A stretch of DNA of 62,883 nt, filler included, from Babesia bigemina (GCF_000981445.1; 8 parts of 8 records of this genome joined end to end with filler, not necessarily neighbours in it), one strand, 5' to 3'. Counted from the first letter of the whole stretch, positions 22,247-35,200 are shown. The notes: a model not told the origin generated them from the letters alone. A program made the numbers and translations.

Positions 22247-23937
22247 ATGATGCTACTAGAAGAGCCTTGCAGGACATTGACTCCAAGCTCATTAGCCTTG
22301 GTCACCTTGCTGGCCAGCTTGGAGGATTTGTTGGTCAAAGTGAGAGTGTTAAGAAAGCCGTTGTGAAAGCTATTAAAGCTTGTTTCGACACTAATCCACA
22401 CCTTAAAAAAGACCTAAATGATGTTTACTCTTCTTATGTTACTAAGCTTTCTGAGTCTGTCAAGTCTGATGGCCAGGCTGATGACAACCAGAAAATTAGT
22501 GAGCTTAGTGAAGCAGTTAAGAAAGAAATTACTCTAATTACTCAACGTATTAATAGCCTTAATAACCCTCTTAATCCCTCTCCTTCTTCCCCCTCTGCCT
22601 CTGCTGAGTCAGCCAAATTGCAGTCCAAGTTGGAGGCTTTGAAGAAAGTGGAGAAGCTTTGTGGATTTTATGAGAATTCTAATAATCAACAAAATGAGCC
22701 TAAAAATCTCTTAGATAATTTATGTGACGGTCTTCAGAAATTCCTCGGCTTCAACTCTGCTACCAAAGGCTACGATGGCAGTGGGATAGTGTACTCTGAC
22801 CTTGACAGGCTGTGTGACGCGGTGATGGGATTTTTGAGTGGCGTGCTTAAGGATGTCAGCGAGAAACAGCCTTACAAAGTAGGCAAAGATATACTTGAAA
22901 ACATTGTTACTGACTTTGAATCCAAATTATCCACCGGGCGTAAGGGTTTTGAGGTCATTGAGACGGTGGCGCAGAGGGTGCGGGAGTATAATGATACAGT
23001 AAGTGAAAGAAGCAGTGAGGTCAGAAAAAAGATAACAGATTTAGATGATGAAATGACAACAATACAAGATCAAATTAAGAAAACATATCCTACCAAAGAG
23101 GAAAAAGATGCTGAACCTCTTGCAGACAAAATTGAGAAATCTAAAATTGAAGTGACTGAGATGGTAGAAAAATGTAAAAAGCTTGCCAAAACATTTAAAG
23201 CAGACTTATTTAATCTGAAAGATAAAATCAAAGATTTAGGCCATGAAGCAAACGAACAAATTAATAAAGCCAGAGACAATGTGGAGCGTGAAGGTCAGCG
23301 TCTTGGCAGAGTGCAGAAGAATGAGAAAGAACAGTACGAGGAGATGGAGACGAAAATTACAAGTGTTCTGTTAGTCGTAAAAGATAAGTTGAATCAGGAG
23401 ATTAGGAGCCAGGTGAATGGACTTATCAGTCTACTAAATGAGAAGGTCAAAAACATTTTGAAGGAGTGTAGGCATATTTGTCGTACGCTTGAAAATTATC
23501 TTCTGGATCTGGATAAGTGGATGGAGACGGCCAAAACGTTCATTGATAATGTAATCGAAAAACAGGTGGGAGCAATAAAAAAAGAAGTTGATGAAGCCGC
23601 AAAAGATAGAAAGCCGAACCACAAGAAAAATCTGGACACATCAATCAGCGAACTGGAAGCTGGATTGAAGCAGAGAGTCACAGAGTTGGATACATGGAAT
23701 AAGGCTGCAGGGAGCGCTGTTAGCGCGGCGAAGGAGAAGTGTAAGACAATTGGTGATATGGTGGAGACTAAAAGTGCAGGTAGTGACAAAATTTATAAGT
23801 TAGCTGAGACAATGAAAGAGAAGGCTGAGAAGCTGAGAAAGGCGGCGGAGCATATTAAGGGCAATATTGGTACATGGGTTAAAGATGCTCTAACGCAGGT
23901 GAAAGAGATGGACGGGAAGCTGAAAGAGGATTTGTGG
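22247..23937 (+). CDS. VESA/ves2-like antigen, partial; 5' end displaced by the retrotransposon, 3' end cut by a gap
   Basis: DIDSKLISLGHLAGQLGGF and GIVYSDLDRLCD motifs. Confidence 0.85.
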
Positions 23938-24037
23938 NNNNNNNNNNNNNNNNNNNNNNNNNNNNNNNNNNNNNNNNNNNNTTAATTAATTAANNNNNNN
24001 NNNNNNNNNNNNNNNNNNNNNNNNNNNNNNNNNNNNN

Positions 24038-25800
24038 TAGATTGGTTAAGGGAGCGATTTTGAGTGGATTAAAGGGGCGAAGTTAGAGTGGATAGAAGAA
24101 CCGATGTAGGGTGGATAAAGGGGCGATGTAGAAGTGGGTTAAGGGGCGATGTAGAGTGGATAGAGGAGCGATGTAGAGTGGGTTAGGGAGCGATTAGAGT
24201 GGTTAAGGGCGATGTAGAGTGGATAAAGGAGCGATGTAGAGTGGATAAAGGGGCGATGTAGAGTGGATAAAGGAGCGATGTAGAGTGGGTTAGGGAGCGA
24301 TGTAGAGTGGATAAAGGGGCGATGTAGAGTGGGTTAGGGAGCGATGAAGATTGGATTAAGGGGCGATGTAGAGTGGATAAAGGGGCGATGTAGAGTGGGT
24401 TAAGGGGCGGTGTAGAGTGGGTTAAGGGGCGATGTAGAGTGGGTTAAGGGGCGATGTAGAGTGGGTAAAGGAGCGATGTAGAGTGGGTTAAGGAGCGATG
24501 TAGAGTGGGTAAGGTGCGATGTAGAGTGGAAAGAGGAGCGATGTAAGATGGGTTAGGGAGCGATGTAGAGTGGATTAGGGAGCGATGTAGAGTGGATTAG
24601 GGAGCGATGTAGAGTGGATAGAGGAACGATGTAGAGTGGATTAGGGAGCGATGTAGAGTGGATAAAGGGGCGATGTAGGGTGGGTAAAGGGGCGATGTAG
24701 GGTGGGTAAAGGGGCGATGTGGAGTGGATAAGGGGCGATGTGGAGTGGATAAAGGGGCGATGTAGAGTGGGTCAAGAGGCGATGTAGAGTGGATTAAGGG
24801 GCGATGTGGAGTGGGTCAAGGGGCGATGTAGAGTGGATTAGGGAGCGATGTAGAGTGGATAAAGGGGCGATGTAGAGTGGGTAAAGGGGCGATGTAGAGT
24901 GGATAATAATCACCACTTTGGTAACCATGTCATCGCTGCCGTGTCCATGTCATCGCTGCCGTGACCATGTCATCGCTGCCGTAACCATAACCATGTCATC
25001 GCTGCCGTAACCATGTCATCGCTGCCGTGGCCATTTCATCGCTGCCTTAACCATGTCATCGCTGCCGTGACCATGTCATCGCTGCCGTGACTATCAGCTT
25101 GCCTGGGTGCCAGCTTACCACTTTGCCTGGTTGCCAGCTTAGCACTTTGCCTGGTTGCTAGCTTAGCACTTTGCCTGTGTGCTAGCTTAGCACTTTGCCT
25201 GTGTGCTAGCTTAGCACTTTGCCTGGCTGCTAGGTTAGCACTTTGCCTGGCTGCTAGGTTAGCACTTTGCCTGTGTGCTAGCTTAGCACTTTGCCTGTGT
25301 GCTAGCTTAGCACTTTGCCTGTGTGCTAGGTTAGCACTTTGCCTGGTTGCTAGATTGACACGTTGCCTGGTTGCTAGCTTAGCACTTTGCCTGCTTGCTA
25401 GCTCAGCACTTTGCTTGTCTGCTAGGTTAGCACGTTGCCTGCGTGCCAGCTTAGCACTTAGCCTGGGTGCTAGATTAGCACTTTGCCTGGGTGCTAGCTT
25501 AGCACTTAGCCTGGGTGCTAGCTTAGCACTTTGCCTAGTTGCTAGCTTAACACTTTGCCTGGTTGCTAGGTTACCACGTTGCCTGTGTGCTTGCTGAGCA
25601 CTTTGCCTGGGTGCTAGCTTAGCACTTTGCCTGTGTGCTAGGTTAGCACTTTGCGTGGTTGCTAGCTCAGCACTTTGCCTGGTTGCTAGCTTAGCACTTT
25701 GCCTGGTTGCTAGGTCAACACCTTGCCTGGTTGCTAGCTTACCACTTTGCCTGGGTGCTGCGTAGCACTTAGCTTGCGTGCTAGGTTAACACTTAGCTTG
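24038..25800. repeat. 22-bp satellite (24038-24905), 20-bp satellite (24920-25091), 24-bp repeat TTAGCACTTTGCCTGGGTGCTAGC (25096-25800), reverse orientation
   Basis: Direct reading; lies downstream of a class 2 gene. Confidence 0.93.
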
Positions 25801-25943
25801 GTCGTTCAGTCATCACCTAATCTAGGTGCTATTTAGTTCACAGGTTGCCGCTAGAGTAATTCGAGACATTAGACTACGTTTGTCGGTTAGGTGAGTAGGT
25901 GAGTAGTTACGTGAGTTGATGTGAGTTACAAACGTGAATACAA

Positions 25944-28900
25944 TTACGGCTGTAGATACGATATCTTGGCAAGCCTTCCGACTTGCGCTGCCGCCAACAA
26001 TGATTGCGCCGTTATCTTGTGCGATGACGGTATCCTCAGGTGTGAGCGTATGTGGAGCACATCCAGTCTGCCAACCATTACGCAGATTAGGTAGAAGAGG
26101 GATAGTGACCAAAGTGCCACGGTCATCCACAGGAACGGCGCTCTGATGGTGAACATGAAATTATCAATGGCTTTGAAAAACTTCACAAGATGTGAGTCCT
26201 TCTCAAATGCCTCCGCAAATACATTACAGAAATCTCTGCACGTGCGTTTTGTTTGCGATCGTTCACTTCCGCTCAGCCTCTCTGGATCGCCGAGAACGAA
26301 GCCGTATTTTGCCAATGTTGGCAGCGTAGCATTGCACTTCACTATGGATTTGCATTTGGGATCGTGATATCGTGGCGGTTTATACGTAGTTGATGTAGTT
26401 GTACATTCCTTGATGCACGCTTTTCCATGGCAATTCGATCCCCTGGAACCGCATTTGGAATTGCACTCGTCATACAATTTCTTCAGCAGATCGTAGAACG
26501 TCGCGGTCAGGTAAACGATCCACGACAAATATTTATCGGCGTGTTTTGATGAGAACGTCTCGTAGATGGCGTGACTGATGGGACGCAGATAAGGACCGCA
26601 TACGACGGAGTCCCTTGATGAGCATACGAGACTGCCAAGGCTACCATCGGAATGGCCCTTCTTCAATGCTGAGTGACTAGGGGTAAATAAGTGGTAGACG
26701 TTCAACTTATCATAATCACGTCCGAAATTGGCAGCGTTAACTTTCTCTTCAAATGCCTGCTGTTTATGCGTTTGACCATACATACCCCAGCGATCGGTGA
26801 GGTGATAGTAGAAGCTGAACATGTCCGCCAGCGTTTTCGGCGCACTAGGCAAAAGGCAGTTGAGGTAACTGCACAGTCTAGTGAGAGGCGATTTTGCACT
26901 CCCACAGTAAGCCTCAAGCACCTCGCGTATATTCTGGCCAATCATCGTATGCGAAGCGATGGCACTGATGTCGGCGAAGCCCATTGGCGTTCTGCACGGC
27001 ATACCAGGTGTACTACCACACGTGCCACATGACAGACTCCATCCCCTAGCTGCTACCGAATGCGGCAGGTGGCCTTTCAAACCGTCCTCCAAGAACGATT
27101 GCAGTGGCGACTTGACGCCGCAGTTGGGATAATGGCCAACCCCTTGGTTGCCACTTTGGTCATGCCTTTGGTCGCAGTCTAGCTTAGGGCACTGCTTCGT
27201 GTTGCACTGCCAGCCTGACCCACCGATGTACCTGCCGTAGTGGCAGTCCTTCCAACCGCTGAGCTGAGTTGTAAGTTGACACTGCTGCAGCAGGAAGTAC
27301 AGCTGGTGGTAGAGGCGCTTGAGCAGGTCGAACAACGTACACAGCAACTGGATCATGTTGGCAGGGTACTCTAATTTCAGCGAGTTGTCGGAGAAATCAC
27401 ACGCGTAAATTCCGTCCTTGTGACCGTGGCCGAGGATAGCGGTGAGGACGGCGTGGGAGTCAGATGAGACCTTGTACAGATATTCGTTAACGTCAGTGTG
27501 ATGGAAGCGAGACGGATGCGCATCGAAGGGCTGAAGCGTTTTAGTACCCGGCCTCTTTTTGTCCTCCTTCATGAACTCAGATTTAATTTGCGCCTTGAGC
27601 TTCTCGTACACGGGGTTGAACTGCAGGCCGTTGCACCAGACGAGAATTTCGTAAATGGAGCATGGAGCGCGGGGTTTGTCAATGAGGGTAAGGTGGCAGA
27701 CTTTGAAGTACGTCTTTAAGCAATCATAGAGTTTTCGGATGAGACCACTCTCCTCCGCGACGGTTACACTTAGCTCGTCCGACCCGGATGCCGATCGAGG
27801 AATGTCGGTGACGGGAGATGACAGTTGACTGAACAAATTATGCGTTGTATTGTTTAGGTGTTTGAGGATGTTGCTACCATTGAAGTCTTGTCTGTGATTC
27901 AGCTCGCCATGCTCAGCGTACTCAGGACGATGGACGTCATACCCGTTGTCGCGGAAGAAGAGAGCGTGGAGGCTGGAGGTGCCGTCAGCTGGGTGATATA
28001 TTTTGTGGCCATCCCAACCGCTGTATTCAAGTCCGTGCTTTAGAGTAGTTAATTCTTGATATAAGATGGGCGTGATGGTCAAGCCGATTTTGGCGTAGTT
28101 TCTTCTTTCCGCCTCGGTGAGTTTCTCCCATTCGATGGTCCTCAAAGAGTACGTTGAAACGTATGCCTTCTTGAGCTCCTCGACGAGAGGGGTGAAGCCT
28201 GCTTTAAGAGCATTGAGGAGCAAGGGGCACTTGGCTGCGCCGTAGGTAGCGGGCTTGAAGGCAGTGACGGCATTATCAAGGGCGTCAAGATTGGTACTGA
28301 ATTTGTCATCGAAGTGTCGTGAAGCAGCGAGTGTAGTAAGCAGATTGGTCAGAGCCGCATCCGAAGCCTTAATTTTTTGGAAGTCGGAAGGGAAACCCGA
28401 TTGCGTTTTTAACGCGTCGAGGAAGCTCCTGAATGCGGTTTTTAATATATTTGTCCCCTTCCTCAGCGGGGACTCTGCTTCAGAGGATGGCTCGTCCGGA
28501 ATGCTTCCCATTGGTTTCACTGTCGTGATAAATTTAGTTTCCATGTTCATCATAAAGCCCTTGTGACCCGTAGTCAGATCGTTATTAATGGCGTGTGGAA
28601 GATTGTCCAACTGATTCTCAACCGCGACGGCGAACTCTGTCAGGATCTCTTTCACTGACGTGACGTAGTTCTTGTTGACTTGAGTGATGAGAGTGTTCTG
28701 GGCTTCTTCGACGTTGGAGCTTACTACGCCTCTGATTGACGTGATTGTGGCCTGGGCTGTTGGATCGGCGCTGGTGAGGAAGTAGGTGGCCTCTGTTATG
28801 GCGTCCTTCAGATTTTCATTTTTCAGTGTGATGAGCTGATGTTTGATTCGTTTTATGCTGTTTCGGGCATCTTTGTAATCACGCTTAGACTCCTCGAAAT

Positions 28901-31436
28901 ACGTGTTTTTTAAAAACTGCAGATGCGAATTGAGGCTTTTGCCAGCCTTGTTAACTGCCGCGCACAGTTTTTGGAACCTATCGGTAATCACATCAGCGTA
29001 GTGAACGATCGCCTCTTTAGCACCGTCAATTCCGGACAATTCACGTATCACTTGTTCCCTAATGTTTTTTATCGTGATTGGAAGGGCACCTTTCAAGTTG
29101 TCAAGATTACTGACGGAGGTGGCTATACTATCTTGGTCAACTTGTTGCTTGTATTGATTGAATCCCTTGCTACCTAACGCGGAGATTCTGTCACCTGAAT
29201 CGCCTACACCTGCGAGAGGCGTTGTCCCGATGTGATCATTCGTCAAGGTGTCCATTTCCGAGATGGCGTTGTCGACGGCGGCGGCGTGGTTCGGCTTGGG
29301 ATCTCCCGGGCCAGCGTTGGGTGGTTTGCCAAGCGCCGTCCTTATATTATCATACAAGCCACTGGCGGTTGTCAACGCGTCTTGTATCATGGCTGCTGTG
29401 CTAGTTCTAGGTTTGTTGGGAAACTTAGGATCGAGAGCAAATGAATTAAGTGTTATGGCTGCCTGCCTGGCTTTCGATTGAATAGCTATAAGGGTTGATT
29501 CAACAGCAACTTTGAGATTTGGACTGTACGATGGAATTGCGTCATCTCTTACGACAGCTTTTTCAATATGCCTAACGATGTTTTTCACCTTAGCATGGAG
29601 TACGTCCCCAAGCCTTCTGGCAAACGTATCGCAACCTTCCCTGACACTTTCTACATAGAGCTTAATTTGGTCATTGGGATTACTTGAAACATTTGATATC
29701 CCACTAGTGATTGCTCCACCTGCCGCATTGGATTCTTCTCCAAGCTCATTTTTGACCTTATCCTTAACTTCCTCCATAATAGCACCCATGGTACCCTTAT
29801 CACTTTTAAATATTCCACTGTTTTCGTCGTCTTTAATATACCAATCTATACACTGCTTAACATAATCCTCCAGATAACCTTGTCGTCGATCCTTTGAGTC
29901 GTGCTTACCTAATATATCATCAACCCACGGACCCACAATGTCACCCCAAAAATTCATTTTGAAATTCGCAACATATCCAATAACTTTTGCTTTAATACCT
30001 TCTAGACCTCTGAAATCTCGTCCCCCGTCGGGACCTTTGATTTCCTTGATCATACTTTGAACCACTTCAATAACTTGCTCAATCCGTTCATCCCCCTGCA
30101 TAGCGTCTGCACCACTTCCATGTTTGACCACTTTGTACAACACTCCAATTGCCCCTTTAATATTTTTTATCTGCTCCCCTATCGCTTCCCTCACCTTATA
30201 CAAATCCTTTTTCAGCTCGCTATCCATTTCTTTCACCTGCGTAAGCGCCTCCTTCACTTTCTCCTGCACAGCGTTAATAGCATTCTGCCCGGCACCGTGG
30301 AGCACTCCGGCTTCTGTATTGATATGGCCGGCTGCCTGATTGATTTCATACGGTTTCTTATACGAATCCTTTTCGTCCATCTCTCCCATTATTGTATTCA
30401 TGTCTTTCTGCATTTCTACACCAATAAAACTTTCCACTTTGGTAATCCATTGCACCAGCTCATTGATATATTTTTCCAAGTCGCTACTAATCTCCCTCAG
30501 CTTCTTCAAAATTTTCTGCACCCTCACCATTAAACTTTTAACAAGCTTATCTATATCGTCACCCACCTGCTTGTTGATGCAGCTCTTGAGATTGCGAAAA
30601 CTTGTCTTAATCTTCTCCGTCGTCTCCTTCAACTCAGCGTCTTTCCGCTTATGCACGCTGGCCAGCCGGTGGCTCTCGTACTCAACAAGCTTACGAACAT
30701 GCAACACTTTGTCACGCAACTTATCATTAAGGTCATAAATGTTTTTTTTCATCTTAGTGTTGTTATTTGCCTTGGGGTCCAGAAATTCCGCGCACCTCTT
30801 GCTCCTCTCTGTGGCCTCCTTCAGCCGGTCCCCGCAGGACCTTACGGCGTCGGCCAGCTGTGGATCCAGACGATGACTCTCAGCCTGAATATTATTAATG
30901 CTAGTAATCAACTCACCTCCATTTTTCTTGGTGTAGTCGAGCAGTAATTGAAGGGGCTCAATCACTGCTTCATTAGAAGCTTTTACATTACCATTATACC
31001 CCCGCACCCCTGCGACCACACTTCCAATCGCAGCATTAAAACCTTTTTTACCGGCGTGTTTATTGGTCTTCAAAGCTTCAATTGCAATGTTTATAGCATC
31101 TTTATGCTGCCCTAAATGGCCTTGGATGTTACTGAGAACGCCATACAAAAATCCCATCACTGCATCACACAGTCTGTCAAGGTCAGAGTACACAATCCCC
31201 TTGCCAGTGTAGCCTTTGGAGTCAGAGTTGAAGCCGAGGAATTTTTCGAGGCCAGTGCAGAGGTTAGTAAGGATGTTAGTAGGGTTGTTATTTGAGGTAA
31301 TTTTGAGGTTCAAAAATTTATCAAATTTCTTGCCAAGCTCCCTAGGCGGCACATGGTGAGGGCAGTGGCAAGAGGTGGAAGAAGGGAGGGGAAGGGTGAC
31401 AGGGCACAAGTTATTGTCATGGTTTATAGAGGTCAT
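25944..31436 (-). CDS. VESA/ves2-like antigen, class 2 tail, open from the leader ATG (1830 aa)
   Basis: Family motifs, TM helix, tail LDVLHIRSHLRIPSSHKITAQSLLAAAQVGRLAKISYLQP. Confidence 0.92.
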   Translation of the reverse strand: MTSINHDNNLCPVTLPLPSSTSCHCPHHVPPRELGKKFDKFLNLKITSNNNPTNILTNLCTGLEKFLGFNSDSKGYTGKGIVYSDLDRLCDAVMGFLYGVLSNIQGHLGQHKDAINIAIEALKTNKHAGKKGFNAAIGSVVAGVRGYNGNVKASNEAVIEPLQLLLDYTKKNGGELITSINNIQAESHRLDPQLADAVRSCGDRLKEATERSKRCAEFLDPKANNNTKMKKNIYDLNDKLRDKVLHVRKLVEYESHRLASVHKRKDAELKETTEKIKTSFRNLKSCINKQVGDDIDKLVKSLMVRVQKILKKLREISSDLEKYINELVQWITKVESFIGVEMQKDMNTIMGEMDEKDSYKKPYEINQAAGHINTEAGVLHGAGQNAINAVQEKVKEALTQVKEMDSELKKDLYKVREAIGEQIKNIKGAIGVLYKVVKHGSGADAMQGDERIEQVIEVVQSMIKEIKGPDGGRDFRGLEGIKAKVIGYVANFKMNFWGDIVGPWVDDILGKHDSKDRRQGYLEDYVKQCIDWYIKDDENSGIFKSDKGTMGAIMEEVKDKVKNELGEESNAAGGAITSGISNVSSNPNDQIKLYVESVREGCDTFARRLGDVLHAKVKNIVRHIEKAVVRDDAIPSYSPNLKVAVESTLIAIQSKARQAAITLNSFALDPKFPNKPRTSTAAMIQDALTTASGLYDNIRTALGKPPNAGPGDPKPNHAAAVDNAISEMDTLTNDHIGTTPLAGVGDSGDRISALGSKGFNQYKQQVDQDSIATSVSNLDNLKGALPITIKNIREQVIRELSGIDGAKEAIVHYADVITDRFQKLCAAVNKAGKSLNSHLQFLKNTYFEESKRDYKDARNSIKRIKHQLITLKNENLKDAITEATYFLTSADPTAQATITSIRGVVSSNVEEAQNTLITQVNKNYVTSVKEILTEFAVAVENQLDNLPHAINNDLTTGHKGFMMNMETKFITTVKPMGSIPDEPSSEAESPLRKGTNILKTAFRSFLDALKTQSGFPSDFQKIKASDAALTNLLTTLAASRHFDDKFSTNLDALDNAVTAFKPATYGAAKCPLLLNALKAGFTPLVEELKKAYVSTYSLRTIEWEKLTEAERRNYAKIGLTITPILYQELTTLKHGLEYSGWDGHKIYHPADGTSSLHALFFRDNGYDVHRPEYAEHGELNHRQDFNGSNILKHLNNTTHNLFSQLSSPVTDIPRSASGSDELSVTVAEESGLIRKLYDCLKTYFKVCHLTLIDKPRAPCSIYEILVWCNGLQFNPVYEKLKAQIKSEFMKEDKKRPGTKTLQPFDAHPSRFHHTDVNEYLYKVSSDSHAVLTAILGHGHKDGIYACDFSDNSLKLEYPANMIQLLCTLFDLLKRLYHQLYFLLQQCQLTTQLSGWKDCHYGRYIGGSGWQCNTKQCPKLDCDQRHDQSGNQGVGHYPNCGVKSPLQSFLEDGLKGHLPHSVAARGWSLSCGTCGSTPGMPCRTPMGFADISAIASHTMIGQNIREVLEAYCGSAKSPLTRLCSYLNCLLPSAPKTLADMFSFYYHLTDRWGMYGQTHKQQAFEEKVNAANFGRDYDKLNVYHLFTPSHSALKKGHSDGSLGSLVCSSRDSVVCGPYLRPISHAIYETFSSKHADKYLSWIVYLTATFYDLLKKLYDECNSKCGSRGSNCHGKACIKECTTTSTTYKPPRYHDPKCKSIVKCNATLPTLAKYGFVLGDPERLSGSERSQTKRTCRDFCNVFAEAFEKDSHLVKFFKAIDNFMFTIRAPFLWMTVALWSLSLFYLICVMVGRLDVLHIRSHLRIPSSHKITAQSLLAAAQVGRLAKISYLQP

Positions 31437-31460
31437 AGCGGTATTATGGCGAGGTGAACG

Positions 31461-32130
31461 GGCGATGTAGAGTGGATTAGGGAGCGATGTAGAGTGGGTT
31501 AAGGGGCGATGTGGAGTGGATAAAGGAGCGATGTAGAGTGGGTAAAGGAGCGATGTAGAGTGGGTTAGGGAGCGATGTAGAGTGGATAATAATCACCACT
31601 TTGGTAACCATGTCATCGCTGCCGTGTCCATGTCATCGCTGCCGTAACCATGTCATCGCTGCCGTGACCATGTCATCGCTGCCGTGTCCATGTCATCGCT
31701 GCCGTGACCATGTCATCGCTGCCGTAACCATGTCATCGCTGCCGTGTCCATGTCATCGCTGCCGTAACCATGTCATCGCTGCCGTGTCCATGTCATCGCT
31801 GCCGTAACCATGTCATCGCTGCCGTGACCATCAACTGTCAGCGCTGCCGTAACACAAACTTTGCCTGGGTGCTTGCTTAGCACTTTGCCTGGGTGCCAGC
31901 TTACCACTTTGCCTGGGTGCTAGGTTAGCACTTTGCCTGGGTGCCAGCTTACCACTTTGCTTGCGTGCTAGCTCAGCACTTTGCCTGGATGCCAGCTTAG
32001 CACTTTGCCTGGGTGCTAGGTTCACACTTTGCCTGAGTGCTAGGTTAGCACTTAGCCTGACTGCTAGGTTAACACGTTGCCTGGGTGCTTGGTCAACACT
32101 TTGCCTGTGTGCTAGCTTAGCACTTTGCTT
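31461..32130. repeat. Short cassette spacer: 22-bp (31461-31587), 20-bp (31602-31852), 24-bp (31858-32130) repeats
   Basis: Same units and order as the other spacers. Confidence 0.92.
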
Positions 32131-32274
32131 TGCTGTTTACTCATCACCTAATCTGGGTGCTATTTAGTTCACAGGTTGCCGCTAGAGTAATTCGAGACAT
32201 TAGACTACGTTTGTTGATTAGGTGAGTAGGTGATTCGCTAAGTGAGTTACAGTGAATTACAAATGTGACGATGA

Positions 32275-35200
32275 TCACGGCTGTAGATACGATATCTTGG
32301 CAAGCCTTCCGACTTGCGCTGCAGCCAACAATGATTGCGCCGTTATCTTGTGCGACGACGGTATCCTCAGGTGTGAGCGTATGTGGAGCACATCCAGTCT
32401 GCCAACCATTACGCAGATGAGGTAGAAGAGCGATAGTGACCAGAGTGCGACGTTGAGCCAGATGAAGGGTTGTCTGATGATCCAGAGGAATTCGTCGCAT
32501 TTATCAAATAACTTAGTGAAGCAATTCGATTTTAAGACGTTAACGAGTTGGTTGTAGAAGTTGTGGCAATATCGTTTCCCTTCCACCTCAGACAAAGTTG
32601 CAGGGTCGCCGAATGTGAATCCGTATTTGTGGAATGCGCTACTTACTCCACGGCACTCTATTATTCCTCTGCACTGGCAGTTGTAGTCCGCACCATGTTG
32701 GCCCTTCTTGCATTTTCCGCGATGCATACATCTGCTGCACTCCCATTCCTGGCAGGAAACATTTTTGAAGGCGTCAAGTAGACTTTTAAGGTATGCATAA
32801 AATGTCCAAGGCAGGTACACCGTCCATGACAGATAGAGATTTGAATGTTGGTAGGCAAGATAATGATGCGTATCTATGCCTAGCGTATACAGGTATGGAG
32901 CGCAGTACAGCGTGTCACCGCTTGCACGCAGACAAGTTGATGGGAACATGAGCGTGTACACGTCCGCCTCCGTCGCTGGTGGATGGCTATGACCTTCGTG
33001 ACTTCGGTTATTATTATAGGCATTCTTAACGGCGGCAGTATAATTTGAGGGATTATCATGAAGGCTGATGGTGACTCCCTTGATGGACTTCTCGAATGCA
33101 TCGCTGAACGATTCTTGAGCGGGCTTCCTGACCGGCTGTCCAGCATTAAGCGCCGCTGCAAGTGACAACGCAAATCCGATATGCTCCGGTAGCGTTGCCG
33201 GCGGTCGCGGAGCTAGCGTGAACAGCGATGACAAATAATCGTTAGAGAAGAATGCATCGAGCACCTCGCATATATCCGTACCCTTGCGAGTGGAGCCGGA
33301 AAAAGCGCTGAACCCAAGTGGCGTTAAACACGGCATCCCGGGAGAGCTACCAGGACACGACTTGCATGTTGATTTACATCCAACACTGGTGAGTTGATGA
33401 GGCAAGTGACCATATAAGCAATCGGTTAGGTAGGACTGAAGCGGCGATTTTGCTTGGCAAGTTGGTTGGCACGTTGCCTTGTCGTTTGCTTGGCAATTAG
33501 GTTTGTCGGTTGAGTGATCTTTGCACTCCCATTTGGCTGACTTAACGTTCTTGCCGAATCTGCAGTCGGACCAACCGTTGAGCTTGGCTGTTACGCCGCA
33601 CTGTTTATGCAGATACCGAAGGCAATGGAGAAGCCGACGAAGGAGATCAGTGATCATCTGCAAACAATCCTCCCCTGAAGAGGGATACTTAAATCCAAAT
33701 GAATTATTGCAATAGTCGCTGCCGTAGGTGGTGTATGCGTCGCCGTAGCCTACGATGCAGGTGAGAACATCGTGGGATTTGGAACAAAGATGTTCGAGTG
33801 CGGAGACCACTTCACTGTATGGTATGTTGTTTGGGTAGGCTGCTAGGGATTGCGACGCCGGATCTATGACTGTGAACTCAAGACCCTCGTGCGCCTGTGG
33901 CTTTTGCTTAGATTTGTCAGTAAGAAGATCACTTATGGTGTCACGTAGCAGCGTTGGATAGACGGCACTGTAAGGTAGACTACAAAACCATATGAGCATA
34001 TCGTATATGCTGCTTGGTACTTTGGTTGATGACGCAGTGGGTATGTGACACAGCTCGTTGTACTTCTCTGCATGGTGGAACAGACACTGAGTAATATCAA
34101 GCAGATCGAAGTTATTACGTTTCTTGTGTTCATTTGACTCACAACTTTGGAGATGTTTAATCCGCTCGGCGTCGGTGAATTGCTGCTCAAGTACTTTCTG
34201 GTAGATGTGTTTACCGGTAAAGCTGACGGACGGATGCCTTAATTCACCGTCCTTCGAAGTCGCACTGCTGGCAACGTCAAATCCACACCGCTCCATGAAC
34301 TGCCCAAATGTATTGCTTTGGCGATTCTCAATCGCACAGCATTGCTTGTCATACCAAGCGCCGTTGCTCTTACACTGCTTACTAAATGTATCGAGATCCT
34401 CGTGTACGATGCAAAGGAGCGTCAAGAACGCTTTGGCATATTTTGCTGCGTCGGTCTCGTCGTACGTCAGTCCGGAGTACCGATTAACATAGGCTTTACC
34501 TAGCTCTTTGGTCAGCCCCTTGAGTCCCTCTTTGAGTGCCTGAGTGAGCACAGTCGTAGGCTCACCGAATTTGGATGGGTTGAATCCTTCGAAAGCATGT
34601 CTAAACGCGTTCAAATTATCGCTAAATGTATGGTCGTAGCACTGCGAAGTTACAAGGCCACTAAGCAAGTTGTCCAAGGCGTCGTGCACGGGCTTGATTT
34701 TCTTAATGTCAGACTTGAAATCTATTTGCTCTAAAAGCGCGTGGACAAATGCATCAAAAGCGTTTTTGAGTTCTAGGGAGGCTTGATTTAGTGGAGATGG
34801 TAGAGCAGAGGACGTCGTTTGAATTGTAGTAATAGCGTTCACATTGCTAACAAACTTGATACCTAATTTGTTCATGAAACCTTTGAAACCCATATTCAAG
34901 TCATCTTCGATTTTTCCAGGCATTTGATCCAACTCCGTTTTTACCTTGCCCGCGAACGCCGTCAGCAACTCCTTGACCGAGGAGACATATTGTTTTCCAG
35001 CGAGGGTCATTAATTTGTCTTCGACTTTCTTGATGTCCTGGTGCATTTCTCTTTTGAGAACTTCGGGTAATTGCGACTCTGCTGCTTGGACAAATGTCAG
35101 TAATTGTTGAGCTTCTTTAAACGCCTTAGCTACAGGACCTTGCAGCTTGTCAAGGTTATCATAGATGGACTGCAGCGTTTCTGCGTCAGCTGACTTGTTA

